Shown here: positions 1-9,053 of the stretch, in pieces | Layout of the letters: each line of letters begins with the position of its first letter | How positions within the stretch are numbered: position 1 is the first letter of the stretch | Notes under the pieces: model-generated | Told to the model about the DNA's origin: nothing | What the model saw: only the letters and a program-made list of their open reading frames with translations | The model's database searches: none | Assembly: GCA_963832745.1 (NCBI GenBank) | Contig: CAWHVC010000001.1 | Span: 544,001 to 608,000, forward strand | Origin: Candidatus Bathyarchaeota archaeon | GTDB taxonomy: Archaea; Thermoproteota; Bathyarchaeia; Bathyarchaeales; Bathycorpusculaceae | Reading direction: 5' to 3' | Length of the DNA: 64,000 nucleotides | Position numbers and translations under genes: made by a program

Positions 1-125
1 TCTGATAGCCAATTAATGATTATATTACGAAGAGTGTCACTATGACCTTCTCCAAGCGTGCCAACAAGTTCTTTGTCTAATATTTCGACTACGCCATCAG
101 GTAATGAAACTAAGATTTTCTTCAT
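1..125 (-). CDS. CopG/ribbon-helix-helix DNA-binding protein (runs off the window edge; not in ORF track)
   Basis: Manual translation MKKILVSLPDGVVEILDKELVGTLGEGHSDTLRNIIINWLS: an alternating beta-ribbon then two helices with G..S..lR, typical of RHH. Its ATG overlaps the transposase stop (ATGA). Confidence 0.7.
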   Translation of the reverse strand, partial: MKKILVSLPDGVVEILDKELVGTLGEGHSDTLRNIIINWLS

Positions 126-1030
126 TTACTTACTACCTTTAACCCTTCTTTCTCTTCCGCCTTTTCTGTTAAGGCGTTTACTAGCGTTGTAGCTTCTTTT
201 TTGGTAGCTTCATCAATCAAGCCTTTCCAGTTATTAGGAATGTTCATTCTTGCGGCTTGAGCGGGAGTTTTTCCGCCGAGACTTTGGTGTGGTCTTACGC
301 AGTTGTAGTGAACTGACCAGCCTTCGAGTAAGAGTTTTGTTGAGTCATAGCTGTGTAGCCCTCTCATGCATCGAGTTCTATCTTTTAATGTACAGTGTAA
401 TCGTTCGACTATGTTGTTGGTTTCTCTTGCTTTTATGCCGACTCTTTGCACTAACTCAACTCTTGTGTCCTTGCGCATTGTGTAGAATACTTTGTTAAAC
501 GCACTCTTGTAAACATGGCTGCCGTCAACAAATACCGCTCTTGGTCTAACCTTGCTCTGTTGAACACCTTTCTTAAAGATACTAACTGTATCCTCAAAAG
601 TTCGAGTATTGGAAAGATGTGAAGCAACCATAAATCGTGTGTCCTCATCAATCATTTCCCAGAACCAAATACTGCGCCCCTCACAACTCAGCATAGTTTC
701 ATCTTCATGCCATAAACCTGAAAGCTGTGGAACTTCTGCAATCATGTATTCTTTGACTAATTGTGAGTATTTTTTAATCCAGTTTAGAATTGTAACTTGT
801 GAAACTTTTTCGCCAAAAACTTGCTCTAAGTTGCGTTGGGTTTTTCTTAGGGACATGCCGTCGTAGTAGAAGTTTAGGGCTGCGACAATTATGTTTTTGT
901 CGTTTCGCATTCTTGAGAATTTTGTGTTTGGTACAAAGATGTGACCGCAGTCTTTGCATTTGTAGGTTTGCTTGTTGTGGCGTATGCCTTTTTTGGTGAC
1001 GTTTGCTGAGTTGCAGTATTTACAGTTCAT
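122..1030 (-). mobile_element. IS6-like DDE transposase with N-terminal zinc ribbon
   Basis: CxxC...CxxC ribbon, HTH, WHEDET, VFVDG, NNIVERLH and YNxxRPHQSLGGKTPA integrase-core motifs. No terminal inverted repeats identified. Confidence 0.85.
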
Positions 1031-1041
1031 GGCTTTTCACT

Positions 1042-1059
1042 GGTATCTTATAAGATACC
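1042..1059. promoter_or_regulatory. Perfect 18-bp palindrome, candidate operator for the transposase-RHH operon
   Basis: GGTATCTTA|TAAGATACC, between a TATATA box (~1066-1071) and the transposase start at 1030. Confidence 0.55.
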
Positions 1060-1171
1060 TACAGTATATATGTTTTGTGTTAGTTTTTAAACACTTAACA
1101 AAATGTCATTCAAGTTTTTGTAACTTAACAAAAAGTATATCTTGTCGTACTTCACCATAAAAAGTAGGGAG

Positions 1172-1246
1172 CACCCCAAGGGGGATTTGAACCCCCGACC
1201 TAGCCCTTAGTAGGAGCCTGCAATTTCCTGACTATGCTATTGGGGC
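1172..1246 (-). tRNA. tRNA with anticodon ACT on a tRNA-Arg-like body (possible pseudo-tRNA)
   Basis: Cloverleaf: acceptor GCCCCAA/TTGGGGT, D-loop AGTCAGGAAA, anticodon arm GGCTC-CTACTAA-GGGCT, short variable loop AGGTC, T arm GGGGG-TTCAAAT-CCCCC, discriminator G. Confidence 0.8.
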
Positions 1247-1252
1247 GCTTAA

Positions 1253-1310
1253 CGTTGGGATAACATCATGGGTCGAAAGGCATTCTTTTGGACATGATGT
1301 TATCCTAACG
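1253..1310. repeat. Long inverted repeat / hairpin
   Basis: CGTTGGGATAACATCATG ... CATGATGTTATCCTAACG (17/18 match), with additional internal pairing CGAAAG/CTTTTG. Confidence 0.8.
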
Positions 1311-1340
1311 GTCACTCCATTAGAGAATGACTTTGATTTT

Positions 1341-1850
1341 CTAGAACGCATTGTTTAGTCCTGTGCTTAATGGTTTAGCGCCGTCACCCTGTAACTGACC
1401 ACTTTTTATTATGCCCATACTTTCTTCCAGAGATTTTGTCAAAGGTTTGAAAACATATTTTTTAAGATTCTTTTCGCATGTAGGTAATGCTTCGAATCTG
1501 CCTTGCTTTTGGTGTTCAATTATCTTCCTTGCGTTTTGAAGTAATAATGATAATTTGCGGTATTCACGGGGATTTTGGCGAGAAGTTATTTTTTCTTTTA
1601 AAAAGTAACTCGCTATCGTCAAAATGTCATGTTCGTATTTTGGTGGTATAGATAATATAAAAGTTAGCAGTTGGTCAACATCAGGCATTCTTTGCATAAG
1701 AGTTGACTTGTATGTGCTAGATGTTTTTTCGTATGTAGCAGGGCGGTCAGTTGGTCTTTTTGTCATACGCTGTATAATTTCTAAGATTTCTTCTTGCGAA
1801 CCTTCAATTTCAAATGTTTGGTTGTCTATAGCAAACTTTAGTTTTGGCAT
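1341..1850 (-). CDS. Hypothetical protein
   Basis: 169-aa ORF with upstream GGTGG-like RBS and TTTATATA box; no family recognised. Confidence 0.6.
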   Translation of the reverse strand: MPKLKFAIDNQTFEIEGSQEEILEIIQRMTKRPTDRPATYEKTSSTYKSTLMQRMPDVDQLLTFILSIPPKYEHDILTIASYFLKEKITSRQNPREYRKLSLLLQNARKIIEHQKQGRFEALPTCEKNLKKYVFKPLTKSLEESMGIIKSGQLQGDGAKPLSTGLNNAF

Positions 1851-1922
1851 TAGATACCATCAACTCGTTATATAAAGTAGGAATAGCCTAGAATTTAAGC
1901 GTTTACACATTACTTCACGCAA

Positions 1923-1941
1923 GTGATTCACGGTGAATCAC
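1923..1941. promoter_or_regulatory. Perfect palindrome, candidate operator
   Basis: GTGATTCAC-G-GTGAATCAC, upstream of the 1341-1850 gene. Confidence 0.45.
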
Positions 1942-2242
1942 GTTTTAACACATACACGGTTTCAATAAAAGTGCTAGAATTATATGTTACGTTATTAATC
2001 GTATCATGGACTGCTTGCCGTGTTTATATATAAATATTAAAATCGCACTCGTAAATTTAAGATAGCACAATTTCCACTGGAACTTAGATAAAAAAGCTGT
2101 GAAAAATTATTCAACCATATGGTCAATTTACCGCCCCCGCAATAACCCTCTTATTTTTAGCACAGGTAACTTAACTTAACAGTATCTTTTTTGAGCAATG
2201 TTTAAGAGTACCTTTTTGAATTTACTTGCGAAGGTGTAAAAT

Positions 2243-2404
2243 ATGCCAACTCACGGTTCGTTATCTAAAGCAGGAAAAGTCCGCTCTCAGACACCGAAAA
2301 TCGCGGCTCAAGAGAGAACAGCGCCAAGCCCAAAAGCAAGAACCAGACGCAACTATGAAAAGCGTGTGATTCTGCAAAGGAAAGCCGGACAAAACTGGAT
2401 GTAA
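2243..2404 (+). CDS. rps30e: 30S ribosomal protein S30e (not in ORF track)
   Basis: Manual translation MPTHGSLSKAGKVRSQTPKIAAQERTAPSPKARTRRNYEKRVILQRKAGQNWM; HGSLxKAGKVRxQTPK signature. Confidence 0.96.
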   Translation: MPTHGSLSKAGKVRSQTPKIAAQERTAPSPKARTRRNYEKRVILQRKAGQNWM

Positions 2405-2507
2405 AAGTCCAACTCATTAATAGCTTGTTTTTTCAAGCTTAAACCAACTGTTTTATTAGTGCAGTTTATTTATTTGATGTTTAAACAATATTTCTGGTTA
2501 TTTTAAT

Positions 2508-4094
2508 TTGGATAGCAAAAATGCTCTTCGAGAAATCATCGACATGCTACTTTCTATGCAGTCGCCTACTCATGAGGATGCAAACCGCCTAAAACTTAAA
2601 GCAGCTGCCAAATATCACATGCAATCCATGCCGTCTAACGCAGACTTAATCGCCGTTTTAACTCCCGAGGAAACTAAATTGCTACTGCCCATTTTAAGAC
2701 GCAAAACAACGCGAACTATAAGCGGAGTAACTGTCGTTGCAACCATGACTGAACCTTACCCCTGCCCGCAGCCTGAACCCTGCGCTTACTGCCCGGGCGG
2801 ACCAACACAAGGCAGTCCTCAAAGCTACACAGGTCACGAACCAGCAGCCATGCGTGGCAGCCAAAACAATTTTGACTCCTACCTACAGGTGCAAAGCCGC
2901 ATAGAGCAACTCACAGCGATTGGACATAAAGTAGACAAAATCGAGTTAATCATAATGGGCGGAACGTTCCCCGCAACACCTGTTGAATACCAAACAAGGT
3001 TCATCCAAAGGTGCCTTGACGCAATAACAGGTAAAGAGTCTGCAAGTCTTGAAGAGGCAAAAGCCAACGCAGAAGTAAGCAAAACCCGTAACGTTGGCAT
3101 CACAGTTGAGACGCGTCCGGACTGGTGTAAGCAACCTCACATTGACGCAATGCTTGGAATGGGTGTAACACGCATAGAACTTGGGGTACAAAATCCCAAC
3201 GACGAAATCTATCGGAAAGTCGGCAGAACCCACACGGTTGCAGATGTAACGGAAGCTACCCAAATCGCTAAGGATTCGGGATTAAAGATTGTTTATCACA
3301 TGATGCCCGGCATGCCTGGTTCAAGCCCCAAAAAAGACGTTCAAGCTTTCAGAGAAATTTTCACTAACCCACTGTTTAAACCTGACATGTTAAAAATTTA
3401 CCCTTGCCTTGCGATTGCCGGCACAAAGGCGTATCAGTGGCTGCAGGAAGGCACTTATAAGCCTTACAGCACCGAAGAAGCCGCCGACGTCATTGCTGAA
3501 GTTAAAAAGTTCATCCCTAAATGGGTCCGAGTAATGCGGGTCCAACGCGACATTCCAGCAAGGCTAATTTTGGATGGCGTAAAAAAGAGTAACCTACGCC
3601 AAATCGTAACTGAAAAACTCAAAAACCAAGGCGCAAAATGCCAATGCATCCGTTGCCGCGAGGTTGGGCACCGCATGGAAGCAGACCACGTAAAACCCGA
3701 CTTAAAAAACATCAAAATCCTAACCGAACAGTACATGGCTTCAGACGGCAAAGAATACTTCATTTCGACAGAAGACCCAATCAACAATGTACTTTTAGGC
3801 TATTTACGGCTGCGTGTGCCTTCACCGAAAGCCCACCGCACCGAAATAACGGAGGTGCCTTCAGCGATTGTTCGGGAACTGCACGTTTATGGCCCTTTGG
3901 TGCCTGTTGGGCGGCATGTAGATGAGGCTTGGCAGCACAAAGGCTACGGGTTACGGCTACTTGAGGAAGCGGAACAAATTACAAAAGAGAATGCCTTAGA
4001 AAAGCTGCTGGTTATCAGCGCTCTTGGCACGAAACGGTATTACATGCGATCAGGTTTCAAGCATGATGGACCGTACGTTTCAAAACGCCTCTAA
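2508..4094 (+). CDS. elp3: Elp3 tRNA uridine(34) acetyltransferase (radical SAM + GNAT)
   Basis: CPxxxxCAYCPGG, QSYTGHEPA, ETRPD, RELHVYG, QHKGYG. Confidence 0.95.
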   Translation: MDSKNALREIIDMLLSMQSPTHEDANRLKLKAAAKYHMQSMPSNADLIAVLTPEETKLLLPILRRKTTRTISGVTVVATMTEPYPCPQPEPCAYCPGGPTQGSPQSYTGHEPAAMRGSQNNFDSYLQVQSRIEQLTAIGHKVDKIELIIMGGTFPATPVEYQTRFIQRCLDAITGKESASLEEAKANAEVSKTRNVGITVETRPDWCKQPHIDAMLGMGVTRIELGVQNPNDEIYRKVGRTHTVADVTEATQIAKDSGLKIVYHMMPGMPGSSPKKDVQAFREIFTNPLFKPDMLKIYPCLAIAGTKAYQWLQEGTYKPYSTEEAADVIAEVKKFIPKWVRVMRVQRDIPARLILDGVKKSNLRQIVTEKLKNQGAKCQCIRCREVGHRMEADHVKPDLKNIKILTEQYMASDGKEYFISTEDPINNVLLGYLRLRVPSPKAHRTEITEVPSAIVRELHVYGPLVPVGRHVDEAWQHKGYGLRLLEEAEQITKENALEKLLVISALGTKRYYMRSGFKHDGPYVSKRL

Positions 4095-4113
4095 AACACC
4101 GTTTTTTAAAATA

Positions 4114-4202
4114 CTAATGGGCTAATTTTCAACCAATCGTGCCTATTCTTTTTAGTGTTTACGAAAAATGCCAATTTCACCCTACCCCCTATTAGGGGTA
4201 GG
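4114..4202. repeat. Dispersed intergenic repeat copy (TAATGG..TTTCAACCAAT + CCTACCCC hairpin)
   Basis: Similar to 20264-20310 and 21986-22026; contains hairpin CCTACCCC-N6-GGGGTAGG. Confidence 0.55.
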
Positions 4203-4249
4203 TCGCTAATAACACAAAAGCAGCCCAAAACATGTTGAAAATTGTGGGT

Positions 4250-5542
4250 TTATTGAGTTATTGGTTCAATGGGTTCTTCCTGTTTTTGTTTGCGCAGTTT
4301 GAAGTGGAGTACGCGGGTTATTTCTTCAGTATGAGAAACAGCCATTGAACCAACGGTGGCAATGATAGCTGTAGTTACGATGACTACTACGGCGATGTTG
4401 ATGAATAGGTCTGAATATAGCAAGTTGAACTGTGCAGGCAATGTTGCCAGTACGGCAGCAGCTAAGCCTCTTGTTAACACGTAAGTCATTACTTGTCTTT
4501 CCTTTTTAAGTGGACTGTTAGATGTTGCTATGAATACTGCTCCATAACGTGTGATAAACAGTATCAGTGAAACTATTACTCCTGCAAATAGCAAGGTTAT
4601 GCTTGAGATTGACGCGATGATACCTAAGAACACAAAGAAGAATGTTCGAATAAGGAATGCTATTTCAGATTCAAATCGTTTAAGACCCTTGCTTACTGAG
4701 CACTCAATTTTTCCATCAATGCTGCCGCCTATGTTAAACTTGAAAACGTTTGTTAGTGCACGCAAAATGTCTTTTTCGTTTCCAAGAATTAACCCAAAAA
4801 TAAGGGCGCTCAATGCTCCACTGCCGCCTATGCTTTCAGAAACTGCGTAACCGAGAAGTATGATTCCAAGGGTCAGTATATAAGAGAAATCCAAGTCGGC
4901 TAATCGTCTAAGTGCAAATAGCCAAGCAAAACCGATTGAGACACCGACAAGTATGCCGATAAGGAATTTTGTTGCCACACCAAAACCGATACTTGCCACG
5001 TTTGCTTGCCCTGTAAGAATAACCTCTATCAAGGCTAAACTGATAACGATACATAAGATGTCGGTTAATGCTGACTCCAAAATGAGAATTGTTGAACCTT
5101 TATCACTTATTTTAATTCGGTTTGCAAGCGAAATTACAACAACAGAACTGCTTCCTCCGACAATGCTTCCGAAAAGCAAACCGTAAGGTAGGGGCACATT
5201 AAACACTGCCATCATGAATGCAGTTACGCCTAGAATACTAAAAGTGAAGCTTAAAAGGGCTAGCAGAACTGCTTTAGGACTGTTTTTGAATACTTGACGT
5301 AAGTTTAAGCCCATACCGCCGTCAAACAGTATGTAAGCTAACGCTAAAGCTGCAATATACGGTGAAAGACCCTTAATGATGTCGATGTCAAAAACGCCAA
5401 GTACAGGCCCAAAAAGAGCGCCTAACGCGATTAAAATGAGCATATCAGGCAAGCCAGTTTTTTTGAACAGGTAGTTAGCTAGAAATCCTATTAGTATAAT
5501 GACTGCGGCGATGACTAGCGCTATTGAGACTGAAACCAGCAA
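4250..5542 (-). CDS. Cation:proton antiporter (NhaP/CPA1-type)
   Basis: About 12 TM helices; LFDGG, ESALTD, FFFVFLG and RGLAAAVLA motifs. Confidence 0.9.
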   Translation of the reverse strand: MLVSVSIALVIAAVIILIGFLANYLFKKTGLPDMLILIALGALFGPVLGVFDIDIIKGLSPYIAALALAYILFDGGMGLNLRQVFKNSPKAVLLALLSFTFSILGVTAFMMAVFNVPLPYGLLFGSIVGGSSSVVVISLANRIKISDKGSTILILESALTDILCIVISLALIEVILTGQANVASIGFGVATKFLIGILVGVSIGFAWLFALRRLADLDFSYILTLGIILLGYAVSESIGGSGALSALIFGLILGNEKDILRALTNVFKFNIGGSIDGKIECSVSKGLKRFESEIAFLIRTFFFVFLGIIASISSITLLFAGVIVSLILFITRYGAVFIATSNSPLKKERQVMTYVLTRGLAAAVLATLPAQFNLLYSDLFINIAVVVIVTTAIIATVGSMAVSHTEEITRVLHFKLRKQKQEEPIEPITQ

Positions 5543-5623
5543 GAGATATCAGTAAAGGTAGTGGTGTGCGGATTTTTAAAACTTGTTAATATTACACTTA
5601 ACAACTGTCAGTTAACATTGAGT

Positions 5624-6661
5624 TTACATGATTCCGATGGTTGTAATTACGAAAAGAATGTAAATAAACAGGAAAATTAAGCCCTCCTTATGTCCTATTT
5701 GACCTCTTGAAAGGAAATACCAGAAAAGCAAGTTAGTTACTATTGAAAACAGCACCAAATTTTGGAATACGTTTATTGTTAACTCTACGGGGGAACCTAA
5801 AAGGGCGGGAACAAAAAGGGCTATTCCAAGAATCAATGTTATGTTAACAAAACAGCTTCCGATGATGTCTCCAAATGCTAGTCCCGCGTGACCTTTAAGG
5901 ATAGCTTTAATGTCAAGAGTTAACTCTGGTAGACTTGTACCAATCGCAATTACAGTTGCGCCAATCACCTGTTGAGACAAACCCGCTGCCTCTGCAATAG
6001 TAACTGCGGATTCAACTAGAAAATACGCGCTTAATACGACACCGATAGCGCCTGCAAGGGTATAAATAACGTATCTTTTGAGACGGCGTTTTTCTTGTAC
6101 AGTTACAGGTTCGCTTTCTTCTTCAGGAATTCTTACTTTCGAAAGTTGATACATGTAACCGATAAATATTGTAATCAAAACAAGACCCACAAGCCAAGCG
6201 GCAGTTGAAATAAAAATTAAAACAACAGGTATAACTGAAGAAACAAACAAGCCAAAATATATGCTGCCTAAATCGGATTTCGCCAAAGATTTAACAATGT
6301 TGCTTTTAACAATGTTGTCTTTGTCGTCTTTGTTTCGTTTGAATCGTCGTCGAGTTCTAAGGTACACTATTATTGATGCCGCGCCTACAATAACGCTTAT
6401 GTTCACTATGTTTGAACCTAAAACGTTGCCAATTGAAAGAGCTGCACCGCCAGAGAAAGCGGCGATAACTGCCACAGTTAACTCAGGCAGCGACGTGGAG
6501 AAAGCGATAAGTGTAAAGCCGATAGCGGTTTTGCCCAATCGTGTTATGTTCGAAACTTTAACGGCATTGTTAATGGTTAAGTTGCTTGCCCAATTCATGA
6601 TAACAAAAGCTACAACTATAATTATGATGTTAAGAATAATGGAGCTAAAAAAATCAACCAT
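5624..6661 (-). CDS. Sodium:calcium antiporter (CaCA family)
   Basis: Two alpha repeats: STSLPEL..GNVLGSN and GTSLPEL..GDIIGS. Confidence 0.92.
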   Translation of the reverse strand: MVDFFSSIILNIIIIVVAFVIMNWASNLTINNAVKVSNITRLGKTAIGFTLIAFSTSLPELTVAVIAAFSGGAALSIGNVLGSNIVNISVIVGAASIIVYLRTRRRFKRNKDDKDNIVKSNIVKSLAKSDLGSIYFGLFVSSVIPVVLIFISTAAWLVGLVLITIFIGYMYQLSKVRIPEEESEPVTVQEKRRLKRYVIYTLAGAIGVVLSAYFLVESAVTIAEAAGLSQQVIGATVIAIGTSLPELTLDIKAILKGHAGLAFGDIIGSCFVNITLILGIALFVPALLGSPVELTINVFQNLVLFSIVTNLLFWYFLSRGQIGHKEGLIFLFIYILFVITTIGIM

Positions 6662-6801
6662 TAAAAGTTTATCCTATTAAATTTCTGTGTTTCTTAAAAT
6701 TAAACGGTTCGGTTTTTGTATCAGTTACAGCTTAAAACGTAAATAAAGGTTAACTAAACAATCATTGGGCTAAAAAGGTAAACCTCTAATCTTTTTAGAG
6801 A

Positions 6802-7713
6802 TTATAGTGTTTTTTGCGGTTGTATCTCGTAGAGGCTGGACCAATTTTTTCCTGTAACAAAAAGCTGGTTTGTCTCAGGGTTGTAGGCAATTCCGTTTAG
6901 CACCGCATTTACGTTATTTGAAATATATGGCCTCGCTAAGTCAGCCAAATCTATGTAAGCTTCAATTTGACCTGAAGTTTGGTTTATCACCGCAATTTTT
7001 GAGCTAAACCAAATGTTAGCGTAAATTGTGCCGTTAACGTATTCTAACTCGTTAAGTTTGTCAACTGCCCCGTTAGCGTCATGCACGTTTATGCTGCCGA
7101 TTGTTTGGTAAGTGTTGGGGTCCAAGAAATACAGGTTTGAGGTGCCATCGCTCATAATCAGCCGGTTTCCATCATAAGTTATCCCCCAACCTTCAGTGTT
7201 AAGGCTAAAATTGCCCAACAACTCAAAAGTTGACTTGTCATAAACAAACCCAACCCCGTTTTGCCATGTTAACTGCACAATCTTATCGCCTACAACTGTT
7301 ATGCCCTCCCCAAAATAGTCATACGGCAAATCATACTCCAACAAAATTTGGCCATTATCTAAGTTTACCCGCCGAAGAGATGAATCAGCTTTTAACCCTG
7401 TACTTTCAAGCAGGGTACCATCAGCTTGTATAGCTAGACCTTCCGTGAAGGCTGACGAGTCATGAGGGTAAGTATGAACAATACGGTAACTGTACAATGG
7501 AACACCATGATATGTTATTTGGGTGGGATTGGGTGAAGGCGTCGGAAGTTGTGTTGATGCAATCCCTGTTGGTGTTTGATTGGACGATTGCGTTGGAGAA
7601 GTTGTCACTTGAGAAGCATTCGGCAGGGGTAAGTTTAGCAAAATAATTGATGCTATGCCAACAAATAGGGTTATAATGGCTAAAACAGCAATTACGCCGT
7701 ATGCCTTTCTCAT
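6802..7713 (-). CDS. Glutaminyl-peptide cyclotransferase, membrane-anchored
   Basis: YPHDxxAFTEGL, FGEG, EGWG, LNELE, VLNGIAY and VTGKNW motifs; N-terminal TM helix plus S/T/P linker. Confidence 0.93.
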   Translation of the reverse strand: MRKAYGVIAVLAIITLFVGIASIILLNLPLPNASQVTTSPTQSSNQTPTGIASTQLPTPSPNPTQITYHGVPLYSYRIVHTYPHDSSAFTEGLAIQADGTLLESTGLKADSSLRRVNLDNGQILLEYDLPYDYFGEGITVVGDKIVQLTWQNGVGFVYDKSTFELLGNFSLNTEGWGITYDGNRLIMSDGTSNLYFLDPNTYQTIGSINVHDANGAVDKLNELEYVNGTIYANIWFSSKIAVINQTSGQIEAYIDLADLARPYISNNVNAVLNGIAYNPETNQLFVTGKNWSSLYEIQPQKTL

Positions 7714-7841
7714 AAATCGAAATAATACAGTTGCAGGTTAATATGGTAACCGCAAAAATGGGCTAAACAGAATAGCGAAACACTTAAGTGTACAAAAAAT
7801 GTATTTTGTCTTTAGATTACCAAAATAGGATGTAGAACCAA

Positions 7842-8417
7842 TTGGCTGTTGAAGGTTTTTTCGAAAACAAAAAAGAACCAGTAGAAGCAAAAGTCGGAGA
7901 GTTAACCCCACAATCACGCGCGGTTAACATTACGGCCAAAGTAGTATCCAAAACTGAAATACGCGAAATTCCAATGGGCAGAGACGGATCAGCACATAAA
8001 GTCAGCGACGCATTAGTCGGGGACGAAACAGGTGTTGTATATCTGACACTTTGGGATGACAACATTGAAAAAGTAAACGACGGCGACACCATCCGCATCG
8101 AAAACGGATACGTAACACTCTTCAAAGGCAACATACGCTTAAACATCGGCAAATACGGCAAACTCGAACCAGCAGCTGAACCACTAGCAGTTGAAGTAAA
8201 CTCAGAAAACAATGTTTCCAGCAAGACATACGAGCAAGAGCGCAGACCATACAGAAGCGGCGGCAGAGGCGGCGGAGATAGACGCGGAGGATACGGCGGT
8301 GGCGGCGGCTACGGCGGACGAGACAGACGCGGCGGCGGAGGATATGGCGGTAGCCGAGATAGAGGCGATCGTCGCGGTGGCGGCGGTAGCGGCGGCGGTT
8401 ACAGACCAAGATACTAA
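7842..8417 (+). CDS. ssb: Single-stranded DNA-binding protein (single OB fold) with RGG-rich tail
   Basis: VGDETG..LTLW..IENGYV..FKG..LNIGKYG crenarchaeal-type OB fold; Gly/Arg/Tyr-rich C-terminus. Confidence 0.9.
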   Translation: MAVEGFFENKKEPVEAKVGELTPQSRAVNITAKVVSKTEIREIPMGRDGSAHKVSDALVGDETGVVYLTLWDDNIEKVNDGDTIRIENGYVTLFKGNIRLNIGKYGKLEPAAEPLAVEVNSENNVSSKTYEQERRPYRSGGRGGGDRRGGYGGGGGYGGRDRRGGGGYGGSRDRGDRRGGGGSGGGYRPRY

Positions 8418-8544
8418 GCGCCCAAAGTGTTGAATGGATATAGAAAGATTTTTTTCTTTTTTTATACTTATTTTAGAAGAATTTTTGACCCAGATGCTCT
8501 TAAGTTAACGCGTTAACAGATGAAAATCAAATGCCATTTATCAA

Positions 8545-8973
8545 TCATAATTCAATTGGGTTAAAAGAGAAAAAAATTGAAAGTTGATTATTGCTGTTTT
8601 TTGATTTAAAGACCGTTAAGCCAACTACCATTACAAATGCTATGCCTGCTGTGCCTAATAATGGAACTTCTGGAACAACGTTAAAAGAAGTTGCCTTTGT
8701 TGCCAACCGTGTATCGCATGAGGAACAACAGCCGTTATTGTCGTAGAATTTTGCTTGAACACCCCATTCACTTAGTGAGTCAGGGGTATGGGTTGAGATT
8801 GCGTATCTGACAAGTTTTCCATCGTATTTTGTTCCGTTAGTAAACACCTGGACAGTTTCCTGATACTTTAATTGCCCTGTAGCGTTTTTCCAAATGAAAA
8901 CAACGTAGTCAACATGGCTATTTGTTGACAGGGCAGTAACTTTAACTGGCCTCCCCATAGAAACATCTTGCAA
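8545..8973 (-). CDS. Surface protein fragment with C-terminal VPE-TM-basic sorting signal; N-terminus appears missing
   Basis: VVPEVPLLGTAGIAFVMVVGLTVFKSK tail; no signal peptide, and an in-frame stop lies just upstream. Confidence 0.5.
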   Translation of the reverse strand: MQDVSMGRPVKVTALSTNSHVDYVVFIWKNATGQLKYQETVQVFTNGTKYDGKLVRYAISTHTPDSLSEWGVQAKFYDNNGCCSSCDTRLATKATSFNVVPEVPLLGTAGIAFVMVVGLTVFKSKNSNNQLSIFFSFNPIEL

Positions 8974-9053
8974 CTTTGTTGTTGGATGCTTTGTTCAAAT
9001 AACCAAGATTTATAATCATGCACCGCTTTTTCAAAGTAATTAGGGCGACATTA

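Noticed and set aside
1200-1220. Amber suppressor / pyrrolysine tRNA (CTA appears in the loop)
   Set aside because: Stem pairing centres the 7-nt loop on ACT, and the body lacks tRNA-Pyl features.
2128-2142. CCGCCCCCGCA as a tRNA 3'-end att site
   Set aside because: Too short, and no matching partner within the window.
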